A DNA stretch of 63,928 nucleotides, the filler included, from Craspedostauros australis (taxonomy: Eukaryota): NCBI GenBank assembly GCA_030167865.1. It is 9 parts of 9 records of this genome, joined end to end, with 100 filler letters (N's around TTAATTAATTAA, not from the genome) between each part and the next. Parts side by side here need not be neighbours in the genome. Positions count along the whole stretch, not along the records: positions 36,597 to 45,098 come from JALAGF010001646.1; 8 more parts are not named here. One strand, given 5' to 3'. Below are positions 36,497 through 45,198 of this stretch, in pieces (within the stretch, counting starts at the first letter, position 1; every line of letters starts with the position of its first letter). A program made the translations under genes and the position numbers. The notes beneath the pieces are model-generated. The model was given only the letters and a program-made list of their open reading frames with translations, did not search any database and was not told the origin of the DNA.

Positions 36497-36596
36497 NNNN
36501 NNNNNNNNNNNNNNNNNNNNNNNNNNNNNNNNNNNNNNNNTTAATTAATTAANNNNNNNNNNNNNNNNNNNNNNNNNNNNNNNNNNNNNNNNNNNN

Positions 36597-36679
36597 GTGC
36601 TTGACTCCATCCGGTCCTGTGAGTCTGATGCCTCTCGTGGCCGAGCGCAGTCTTACCTCCTTAGTTGAGACACGAGTGG
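36597..36679. repeat. 83-bp terminal direct repeat (3' copy, putative A2)
   Basis: Identical to 45016-45098 (GTGCTTGACTCCATCC...GAGACACGAGTGG). Confidence 0.9.
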
Positions 36680-37089
36680 GTCATCCTGCGATCGTTTCAC
36701 AACATGCTCAAACTCCATCACATAATGACACGGTGGTGCTTCAATCTTGAAGAGTGCTTTGTTACTCTACTGTATTGAAGTACTAACGTGGGGGGTAAAT
36801 CGGGGACTGGCCAGTTGTGTGCTGGCTGGGCCCACTTGCCTGTTGGTGGCTGCTCTGCTCCTCTGCGTAAGGGCGAACTGAGAGTTCGATTCCTTGTAGC
36901 ATGTCCTTCATTTGCCTTGGTAGGCCCTGGGGACGACATCGTCGAGTCCCTTGGGGTCACCATGAGTAGGATAATGTTGGACGTGTTGAGCTGCTGCAGG
37001 CACCTTGGCACAAATCGGCTCCATTGTGGCAGGCTGCAACCTGGCACAATGAAGCCGGTCTCTCCCCCCTCGTTCTCCCCACAGATGTA

Positions 37090-38661
37090 TCACATCTGCT
37101 TCGAATACTCCAATACAGCAGGTAGCAAAGACTCCAGTGCTGAGTACGTGTCCACCATGTCGAGTCTTGGGTTGCCAGCTTTGGTACTGGCTTCGGTCCT
37201 CCAACGATTGTTGGCATTGATTGTGTCTTTCGATATCTTCATGTTCACGGCGTGAGATGTAGATCCCCTCCTTGCCGAGCGGTCGAGCCCGTATTGGTCT
37301 CGAATATCGATCTCCTTGTCGATGATGTGCTGGGCTTGGAGAGCCTCCAGTGTCGCATAGACGTCTTCCTTGAATTCCACAAGCTTGGGAGGGTTGAGCC
37401 GACGCGACATCAGACGACCATGGTGTTTACCAGCTGTCTCAAGTACGCGGACCAATCTCTCCACCCATTTTCCAGGTTGGAGTCCAGTGCCGGACGTAGT
37501 TTGGACGCAAGGCACATCGAATCTTGATCCGTCGTGTCTGTTACCCTTTGTTCTGCCGATGATGGCCAGGCGAAGGTGAGGGAGAGAAGGATCATGCAGG
37601 TGCTTGAGACTTTTTGCTGTACCCAATAGATCGATCTGCAATACTTCCTCTCCGCGCAGTCCTGTGCAGAAAGCAACGATAGTGAGCATAGCAACCTCAG
37701 CCGTCCTCTTTTGTCTTGACGCGTCATTATCAATGCGCCACTCTTGTTCCAGAACAGCTTCCAGCGCATGTATGTCATCAATCGTATATGGTCGTGCCGG
37801 CTTGCGGATCTGCCCGACTCTTCGGTGAGTGCCCTCCATGAATCTTGTAAACCAGAACTGATGAGATGGTACGTCCGACGTCCACATCCGTGACCTTTCG
37901 TAGGCCATGACTGAGTCGTTGAGACCTCTCACTCCGGCTTGATGGATGTTGGTAATCGCTGATCTGGTTCTGCGAAACGTTCCCCATTGGACATTTGTGG
38001 CATATCGGCCAGCATCCAGGGACCTGTCCAACACAGCCATGGCGCCTGCCATGCCGCACGAATCTTGAAGGGGGAAGGGGCCCATGGGTGCACTGATAGA
38101 GGGAATGCTCAATCTATCAGCGAAATCCTCCATTCGCACAGCTTCTCGTAGATTTGAGGCCACTGTGGATGACTCCCTGCTCCAGAATGCGTCCAGATTC
38201 GCGCGCCTGATGTACACCAGCATTTCTGTGTCTTGGTGTCTATGGTATTGAGGACTCCTGTGCATAATATTGCGAAAATGACACACATCACATTGGAATG
38301 GGACCATCAAATGATCTCCATTCCTTGCCTCCCGAAATCTTCTAGCGTCGATAGCTGGAGTGAGGTCGATACCATCCTCGTCCGTAGCAGTTTGAATCGG
38401 AAAACGTTTGTTCCCTGTTTCACAGTAGCACGGACCGCACCAAGCTGATCTACATGGGGCAAAGGTCCCGCGCGGACTTGAGAAATTCGCACAAAACACT
38501 CCTGCACCTCGTTGGATCAGCTTGCCACATATCGCGTTGCAACAGAACCTGGCGTGGTGTTTCCAATAGCCGGTGTTGTTCCTCAAGTCTTGGATTCCAG
38601 GACAGGTAGGGTAGGCAGATGAAGACAAAGAGAGGTTCCAGAAGGTGAGTGGGCCATTCAT
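37090..38661 (-). CDS. Tyrosine recombinase of the retrotransposon, with a Cys-rich N-terminal module
   Basis: CTGLRGEE (R), GRTKG (K), DRSARRG (HxxR box with R in place of H), NNRWR (W), MVDTY (Y). N-terminal CRSAWCGPC and FQCDVCHF. First ATG is 38661; overlaps the 3' end of pol by ~210 nt. Confidence 0.9.
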   Translation of the reverse strand: MNGPLTFWNLSLSSSAYPTCPGIQDLRNNTGYWKHHARFCCNAICGKLIQRGAGVFCANFSSPRGTFAPCRSAWCGPCYCETGNKRFPIQTATDEDGIDLTPAIDARRFREARNGDHLMVPFQCDVCHFRNIMHRSPQYHRHQDTEMLVYIRRANLDAFWSRESSTVASNLREAVRMEDFADRLSIPSISAPMGPFPLQDSCGMAGAMAVLDRSLDAGRYATNVQWGTFRRTRSAITNIHQAGVRGLNDSVMAYERSRMWTSDVPSHQFWFTRFMEGTHRRVGQIRKPARPYTIDDIHALEAVLEQEWRIDNDASRQKRTAEVAMLTIVAFCTGLRGEEVLQIDLLGTAKSLKHLHDPSLPHLRLAIIGRTKGNRHDGSRFDVPCVQTTSGTGLQPGKWVERLVRVLETAGKHHGRLMSRRLNPPKLVEFKEDVYATLEALQAQHIIDKEIDIRDQYGLDRSARRGSTSHAVNMKISKDTINANNRWRTEASTKAGNPRLDMVDTYSALESLLPAVLEYSKQM

Positions 38662-41600
38662 GGCAATGTTCGACCTTGAAGTAAAAGTCACTCAATCTCA
38701 GCATCTTCCTCCGCCATCTTCCGGTCATCAATCTGGGTATGCAAACCACATGCAAGCATTGCGGCCGTTTGTGTCGTGCCTTTCCGATCTGATCAATCAT
38801 GGCATCAGCTGCCGCTGGCGCAGACTCCCACACAAAGTTGCCCATTCTCTGTCCAGTACTGTACCATCCTTCTGGTGTGAGCCATTCATAATCGATTGCT
38901 GGCATCCAGCTTTTCATCATCTGCTTGATGTTGTTTCCTTGTCGCTGCGAGGGTGGCAGATGCAGAGGGATATGCTGTAGCATGCTTTCGCCAGCCATGA
39001 CACCCGTGCTATGGTCTGCCCGCGAGAGACCGTCGGTTCCTTGCGAAATCATTCGATCACCACTAACATGTATCACATGCAGTATCATGTTGGAATTCAT
39101 TTCAAGCAACCGCATCTCCAGCACAAGCTCAGCCAATCGCTTGGAAGTCGAATTGCCTTTCCAAAAGGCGCTCTCGGCTGTGGAGTTGTCTGTGAACAAG
39201 AAAATTTCACTGCCTTCCAATCTGAGTTTCTTCGCCCACTCTTTGAGGGCTTCCACAAGGTTTTTGAGCTCTCGCCAGTTAGAGGTGCTGGCTTCGTTCT
39301 CTTCGGAGGTCCATTCTCCATAATGATAAGCAATGTCCTCGCCAACCTGTATGGAAGCGCCAAAGCCTGCCTGCGATGCATCAGCAAAGCCATACCAAGC
39401 ACGTATGGTGTGGCCCGGCCGCATGAGTCGTAGCGGAGGTTCTGGAGCAAGGAAGAATTCATGCAGAGCATGCAAATCTGACTCGAATCGTGTTGCTGGT
39501 GTGACGTAGTCGGGTGGTACAACGTCATTGTGTTCCTCACTACTCACTGTTGCTGTCCGATGGATGTAGTTTAGGATACGCCATCCTTCGGCGTCTCTTC
39601 CTTCTCGCCATCCATCGATTGTGAGGTGAAAGCCGATGAGGTAGGGTGTCATCGGCTTGTATGTCTGACACAAGTAGTTGAGGAACCCACGAATTCGTTC
39701 GAGCTTCTTTCGCTCAATGAGATTGTTTGCTGTGAGATCCGCAAGGATGGAGTTAATCTGATCCCGACCCTTGTCCCATTTTTCTTGTGTAGCTGTGGCG
39801 TACACACCTGATGGGTGAGCAACGACCACAGCTCCTGTCCATGGTCCAGGGGTCTTTGTTGCGGCGCGTCGTTTCCGAGCGGCATCTTGGATGCCAAGGT
39901 AGGCCAGCATGTGGCCTACTCTCTTGGTGGCTTGCCAACAAATGTCGCACGATCCTCCTGTGGGACGCACATCATCAACATATATGAACGCGTCGGCTGC
40001 GATGTTGTCATGGATGTCCAATTTGGATACCCAAGGCAATGAGGAGTCATAAGACGACGAGCCTGGCAGGTTCATACGAACATGCGACCATTGGAATACG
40101 TTGCAGGGGTCGGTAGGAGAACCAAGGATGGTCTCTTCGGCATATAGCATGGCTTGCACAGCCTGATAGGGCGATGACTTCAGTCCCATTGCCGCTCTGT
40201 CCCATCGTTCCCACACAAGCTTTCCTGTTGCGTTGCCAGGAACCTCAGCAAGGTAGTGTGTGAGGTCGACTCCACAGACTTGTTTCAAGCAGGGATGCAG
40301 CATAAAGTTCAGAAACATCTCACCGATGTCGTTGTCCGCCATGAATGTGTTTGTGCCGACAGCTCGTAGATGCGTATCTAGCGTTGGCAAAGGAAAGCCA
40401 GGCACCCAGACCGAATCATTGAGACCGCTGGCTGTTGCGTCATACACCATTCTGATGTCTGTCTCGCCCTTTGGTACGCCGAAGAATGACGTCAGCGAAT
40501 CAACCTTGCCTGGCACGATGTATCGTTTGTGTCGTACCTTGGCCAGCTTGGCTGCCATCATGTCCCGAATTTTGGGATCTGTGGCATTTCGTTGTGGTTG
40601 TGTGTATCGAGGTGGCGGCGACTGAAAATGAACAGGCAGACCCTCTTGGATGATTGTCTGGTATTCAACAGCCCACCTCCAGAACAATGGACGCGATCCA
40701 TCATCCCAGTTCCACCACGACGAACGGCACACACGAGCAACAGCGTCACACCCTGCATCGAATCGATCGGGTGCACAAGTTCGTTGCTGTTGCCGCCAAG
40801 CCACATATCGGCTGCGTCCATTGCGACTCCATTGTACTGATCCATCCACCGAAGCAGACACCATTTTTGCGTGATCAGGATTCTGAGGTGCGTGATGCTG
40901 ACGGTACCACTTCCAGAAGGAAGTAGTTACTCGTCTACTCCACCACCCCAACATCCGTCGCCGCAGCAGGTCGCAACCAGCTTCAAGACCAGGCATGTCG
41001 TTGTCAGACCAATGGTGACAGGATCCTTTTGTTAATTGATCCATCCATAAATGAATAGGAATCGAGGCATCATCGGCCTTCGTGGCCTTCTGGGCCCGTC
41101 GATTCCATTCGGCTTCCTCCAAGACACTGCGCCGTAGATCAGCAGGGGCTCTCCAAGTCTTGATGGGAGAGTCGACTAATTGATGTGGCGCCGTCTGTGT
41201 GGTGGGTGAAGGAGTTATGGATGCCGTATGAGAGATGCTAGCGCTTGTTGGTGCATGCTTGTCATCCGAAGATGATGTAGAGGTAGTGGTTGGGAGTCGA
41301 TCCGGAGAGGACGACTCAGCGTCGAGCTGAGAGGGAGTGACAGATGATGTCACAACAGCCGCCGTTGGAACAAACGCCGTGGCAGTAGGGTCCAGCTTCT
41401 TATCCGCGATGCCGCGGTGCGGGCCAGCCGCTCGGTGATGTGTAATGTGTGCGGCAGCTGAAGGAAATGCAGATGATGATGAATCGAAAAGAAAGATACC
41501 CCCCTCGTTGAAAGTACGTAACTGGGAAAGAACAGAGAAGAACAGTTTGCCAGGAGTGGCAGAAGCAGAAGAAGGAGACAGCGTGAGAGCGACGGTGTCC

Positions 41601-42394
41601 GGATAATCCAGGGCGCGGAGGCGCTCGAAGGACTCGAGACGCCGCGCACACCATTGACCACGACCGAACACGGAAGGAGCCAACACAAATGCCGACCGAA
41701 GATCATCGATCGGAAAGAGACCGCCAGGATGCAGCACAGGCTGACCATACACCGGTTCAACGTCCGAATGGACGACACGAACCGGGCCGATGTCCAGTGT
41801 AGGCGGAGGAGGACGCCAGTGCGCGGAAGACAGCTTGTCATCCAGCACCGAATGAAGAGTGCGAGGAACCGAATGAATCTGAAGAGGACCCTGCGGGGGC
41901 AACGACGACCTCCAGAAGAAAGACGGCCAGCCAGAGGCAGTTGTAACGCCACCAACCTGCGCGTGCGTGACGCGCCACGAGCGAGCCGACCACCCAGAGG
42001 GGAGATACCGAGACCGACGCGACGAAGCAGCCACTGACAGCGAGCTGGAACCAATCAGAGAGAAAAGAGACCTCGTGATACAACGATCGACTAAAACGAG
42101 GCTAATGCGATTAAGCTGGTCCACCGACGGTAGTGCTGCCTGCAGCACCGCCAACGGAAGCAGCCGCAGAATGATCGGCCTGTCATCATCTGGACAGGAC
42201 CAGCCGGCAATGAAGCCGACGCGCCAGCCCAACGAATCCAGATCGAACACCCAGGCTGGGCATCGCGAAGCAATGACCCCAACGTCGCAACACACCCGTG
42301 CCGACCGTCGCCGCACATTGCCACTTGTGACACCATGCAGAGATGCCCGAGGCGAGTGGCGCAAAGAACGCACCCCACCCTCAGGCCCCTGGCT
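38450..42394 (-). CDS. Pol: degenerate C5-methyltransferase-like N-terminus, S/T linker, reverse transcriptase, RNase H, DIRS MT-like C-terminal domain
   Basis: RT: FFGVPKG..DIRMVYD, DNDIGEMFLNF, MGLKSSPY, FIYVDD. RNase H: FADASQAGFG, NWRELKN, FTDNSTA, GTDGLSR. C-terminus: WESAPAAAD...HVVCIPRLMTGRW. The frame is open from the gag stop, and the first ATG is only at 41044. Confidence 0.9.
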   Translation of the reverse strand, partial: SQGPEGGVRSLRHSPRASLHGVTSGNVRRRSARVCCDVGVIASRCPAWVFDLDSLGWRVGFIAGWSCPDDDRPIILRLLPLAVLQAALPSVDQLNRISLVLVDRCITRSLFSLIGSSSLSVAASSRRSRYLPSGWSARSWRVTHAQVGGVTTASGWPSFFWRSSLPPQGPLQIHSVPRTLHSVLDDKLSSAHWRPPPPTLDIGPVRVVHSDVEPVYGQPVLHPGGLFPIDDLRSAFVLAPSVFGRGQWCARRLESFERLRALDYPDTVALTLSPSSASATPGKLFFSVLSQLRTFNEGGIFLFDSSSSAFPSAAAHITHHRAAGPHRGIADKKLDPTATAFVPTAAVVTSSVTPSQLDAESSSPDRLPTTTSTSSSDDKHAPTSASISHTASITPSPTTQTAPHQLVDSPIKTWRAPADLRRSVLEEAEWNRRAQKATKADDASIPIHLWMDQLTKGSCHHWSDNDMPGLEAGCDLLRRRMLGWWSRRVTTSFWKWYRQHHAPQNPDHAKMVSASVDGSVQWSRNGRSRYVAWRQQQRTCAPDRFDAGCDAVARVCRSSWWNWDDGSRPLFWRWAVEYQTIIQEGLPVHFQSPPPRYTQPQRNATDPKIRDMMAAKLAKVRHKRYIVPGKVDSLTSFFGVPKGETDIRMVYDATASGLNDSVWVPGFPLPTLDTHLRAVGTNTFMADNDIGEMFLNFMLHPCLKQVCGVDLTHYLAEVPGNATGKLVWERWDRAAMGLKSSPYQAVQAMLYAEETILGSPTDPCNVFQWSHVRMNLPGSSSYDSSLPWVSKLDIHDNIAADAFIYVDDVRPTGGSCDICWQATKRVGHMLAYLGIQDAARKRRAATKTPGPWTGAVVVAHPSGVYATATQEKWDKGRDQINSILADLTANNLIERKKLERIRGFLNYLCQTYKPMTPYLIGFHLTIDGWREGRDAEGWRILNYIHRTATVSSEEHNDVVPPDYVTPATRFESDLHALHEFFLAPEPPLRLMRPGHTIRAWYGFADASQAGFGASIQVGEDIAYHYGEWTSEENEASTSNWRELKNLVEALKEWAKKLRLEGSEIFLFTDNSTAESAFWKGNSTSKRLAELVLEMRLLEMNSNMILHVIHVSGDRMISQGTDGLSRADHSTGVMAGESMLQHIPLHLPPSQRQGNNIKQMMKSWMPAIDYEWLTPEGWYSTGQRMGNFVWESAPAAADAMIDQIGKARHKRPQCLHVVCIPRLMTGRWRRKMLRLSDFYFKVEHCHEWPTHLLEPLFVFICLPYLSWNPRLEEQHRLLETPRQVLLQRDMWQADPTRCRSVLCEFLKSARDLCPM

Positions 42395-44743
42395 TCAGTT
42401 GCCGCTGTTCTTCTTCTTATGCTGGTTGACCTCGTTTTTGGCGTTAGCGCCGGTGCGCTTGGCATCAGCTGCCTTCTTGCTGCTGCGTTCAGCCTCGTCC
42501 ATCGCGTCCTGTGCGAGCACACGGACATTCTTCAGCTCGGCCTGTACGGTCTTAAGCTCGGAGCGATCGACACGCTCGGTGAGCTGGTACATGGACAACG
42601 CGCGCGCGAGCGCAGGGTGGCCATGAAAATCAACCTCCACAAGCGCATCGAGGATACGATGGCATCGAAGGACGGACCAGAACACCTTCGCCTTGCTGTC
42701 AATGTCGGACATCGCTCCAGCCACCAGGCTGGACTCGGAACGAACCAGGCACATCTCATCAAACACAGAGCAGACACAGCGACCAACCAGATTCCATGCC
42801 GTTGATGCCTGGAAGTTGGATGCTGTTGTGAGGTCCTGGTAGAAGCTCTGAATGAACCCAACCAGACTGTGCCAATGAGACTCAGCTTTGCTGTAGAGGA
42901 AGCCGGCCATAGCAGCCTGCACCGGGTTGCCGCAATGCGGCGTCTGACCGCGCAGCCCGTTGAGGTAGCTGCGGTAGGAGCCTGACACGATGGATCGGTA
43001 CGAAGACATGCCATTGGCCCACTTGTTCCATGTAGCAGCGGCTGCCAGGCCTTCCTCTGGCGATGCGATCTCGCCTCGCCCGCCCTTCGCGAACAGCGCA
43101 ACAGGACGCAGATGGCCCATTGAGGCAGCCAGGTCAATCTCGTTCACCGTCGCTGAAACACGACTGGCGGAGTACCCCTCATCCGCGCGATCCTTGCCGC
43201 TCTTGTTGGTTTTCGAGTGCATGGACACGAGCAGGGAGAACATATCCCAGAAGAGCCCCACTGACTGTACGTCGTTGGACTCCATCCAATCGCGAACGTC
43301 TTCGAACGAGGCAAACGTGACCCCATCGGCGGTGATGGCATGGTCCGACTGCAAGCGGAGAGCTTGGTCCACACGGCGCTCGACGCGTGCCAGCCTGTCT
43401 TCAACGTCGTCGCCGTGCCTGCCGGCCGCGGGAGAGACAGAGGGAAAGAAGGACGACGTCCGGCCGGGATCCATCTCATGCCGCAAGTCGGCGATGCGCC
43501 GGTTCACAGCGGCCTCGACCATGTCAGCAATCACACCGGGCGACGGATGGGACGCGCGTGGACTGCTGAGGGACGGCGGAACCGCCCGAGGCGGCGAGGC
43601 GGCAGGCAAAGCAGCTGCCTTCACATCAGTTTCCAGCTGGTCGAACCGCTCGATGATGACGGCGACGTTATCAGAGTAGTGTTGAAACAGCTGGTCGAAT
43701 GCACGACCGAGGACTGGGAGGTCCGAGGACCAGCGAGTGACGAAATCGAGCACACCAGCGTCCTGGAAAAGAGCTTGCTGGCTGTGGACTGACTCCACAG
43801 CTGCACGAAGTCCGATGACCTGTTCGCTGAGCGTCTCGTCCGAACCAGCCCCTTGGCCGATACGTGCGCTGAGTAGCTGGTCTTGTGCCTGAAGCCGCTG
43901 CATCCGGCCCGCCAGCGCTTCCACGTCCGTGGCCATGCCGTCGCGAAGTGCGCGTTGTCCGCGTCGCACGCCGTTGATCGCGTTTTGCAGGTGCAAGAAG
44001 TTTGAGCGAATGGAGTCCCAATCGTCGATGATGGAAATGAAATTGGAGCGAACGGGGTCAGTCGAGGCTGCAGCATCAGGATCCTCAGACAAGGGAGTCA
44101 ACTCCTCTGGTATCTCAAGCAAGAGAGATGCGTCGTCGCTGGCAAGCGGGCTGCTACGCGCCAGACCGCGCCGAGGCGAGGCCATAGTGGCAGCCGCAGC
44201 ATACTCGGAGACATCGACGACGAGAAGATCTTCCCCTGCCTCCATCAGAGACCGAGAGGACTCAATGTCCTGCAAGAACGCACGCCACACGGCCGGAGCC
44301 TTGCGCTCAGCAAGCAAGCTGTCCTTGGTGAGAGGAGCAGGCAACCAAGAGAGCGCAACAGAAGGCTCCAGCCGTGCTTGATCCGCCTTGAGCGTGCGGA
44401 CATAAAAGTTCCCTGCGGCGAGAGGTGCCTTGTTTGCAGCATGGCTCCTTGTGGTGCAGCCATCGCTGCGTGTGCAGAACCGAACAGCCCCTTTGGCCTC
44501 CGATCCACCGATAACGCCACCGCAGATGTCCTCAACAGACTCAACCCACAACAACGAAACAACACCAGCATCACCAACCCCGCCAACAACCCCCCTCGTC
44601 GAAGAAGCCGCAGAAGAAGGCGGAAACAACCCACCGCCAGCGCCGGAAGGCGAGCCACCACCGGAGGCAGCAACCCCAGAGCCACCGGCCGCAGGGCGCG
44701 ACCGAGGGACCGAAGGAACCGAACCAAGATCGAAGGAAGGCAT
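42395..44743 (-). CDS. Gag-like ORF1 of the YR retrotransposon
   Basis: 782 aa, positioned 5' of pol. Has a CGGVIG...RFC...C...H putative Zn module, coiled coils and a helical C-terminal domain. Confidence 0.8.
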   Translation of the reverse strand: MPSFDLGSVPSVPRSRPAAGGSGVAASGGGSPSGAGGGLFPPSSAASSTRGVVGGVGDAGVVSLLWVESVEDICGGVIGGSEAKGAVRFCTRSDGCTTRSHAANKAPLAAGNFYVRTLKADQARLEPSVALSWLPAPLTKDSLLAERKAPAVWRAFLQDIESSRSLMEAGEDLLVVDVSEYAAAATMASPRRGLARSSPLASDDASLLLEIPEELTPLSEDPDAAASTDPVRSNFISIIDDWDSIRSNFLHLQNAINGVRRGQRALRDGMATDVEALAGRMQRLQAQDQLLSARIGQGAGSDETLSEQVIGLRAAVESVHSQQALFQDAGVLDFVTRWSSDLPVLGRAFDQLFQHYSDNVAVIIERFDQLETDVKAAALPAASPPRAVPPSLSSPRASHPSPGVIADMVEAAVNRRIADLRHEMDPGRTSSFFPSVSPAAGRHGDDVEDRLARVERRVDQALRLQSDHAITADGVTFASFEDVRDWMESNDVQSVGLFWDMFSLLVSMHSKTNKSGKDRADEGYSASRVSATVNEIDLAASMGHLRPVALFAKGGRGEIASPEEGLAAAATWNKWANGMSSYRSIVSGSYRSYLNGLRGQTPHCGNPVQAAMAGFLYSKAESHWHSLVGFIQSFYQDLTTASNFQASTAWNLVGRCVCSVFDEMCLVRSESSLVAGAMSDIDSKAKVFWSVLRCHRILDALVEVDFHGHPALARALSMYQLTERVDRSELKTVQAELKNVRVLAQDAMDEAERSSKKAADAKRTGANAKNEVNQHKKKNSGN

Positions 44744-45015
44744 CGCGAAGCAGCGCCGAAAGCGAGGAAGGAGGGAAGCGAGAAAAGGAAAAAGTTGACA
44801 ACAAAGAAGGGCGAGTTTTCAGTGATCAATCCTGAATCCTCGTGCTTGTTTGGTGTCTGGATGTGATGATGATTGTTGTTGTGAGAGGAGCAGGCTGTTG
44901 ATTTGGACATAAATCCTCATCCTCACCTCTGGATCGTAGACCACGCATCAAGACTTGTTCATGATCTTCATGGTGTGTTCAACTCGTGATTTGGATGGAT
45001 CGCTTGAGTCCACCT

Positions 45016-45098
45016 GTGCTTGACTCCATCCGGTCCTGTGAGTCTGATGCCTCTCGTGGCCGAGCGCAGTCTTACCTCCTTAGTTGAGACACGAGTGG
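45016..45098. repeat. 83-bp terminal direct repeat (5' copy, putative A1)
   Basis: Identical to 36597-36679; ends at the gap. Confidence 0.9.
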
Positions 45099-45198
45099 NN
45101 NNNNNNNNNNNNNNNNNNNNNNNNNNNNNNNNNNNNNNNNNNTTAATTAATTAANNNNNNNNNNNNNNNNNNNNNNNNNNNNNNNNNNNNNNNNNNNN

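Larger units (their letters stand above)
36597..45098 (-). mobile_element. Tyrosine-recombinase retrotransposon (DIRS order, PAT/Ngaro-like direct terminal repeats): gag - pol (DNMT-like/RT/RNase H/MT-like) - YR
   Basis: Three uninterrupted ORFs in DIRS order, no DDE integrase or protease, and an identical 83-bp direct repeat at both contig ends. Confidence 0.92.

Noticed and set aside
36597..36720. Hammerhead ribozyme in the terminal repeat
   Set aside because: CTGATG is followed by CC rather than the CUGANGA core, and no correctly placed GAAA was found on either strand.
36805..36895. tRNA-like or Pol III element (TGGCCAGTTG ... GTTCGATTC)
   Set aside because: The B-box-like 9-mer is present, but the T-stem and acceptor stem do not pair, so there is no cloverleaf.
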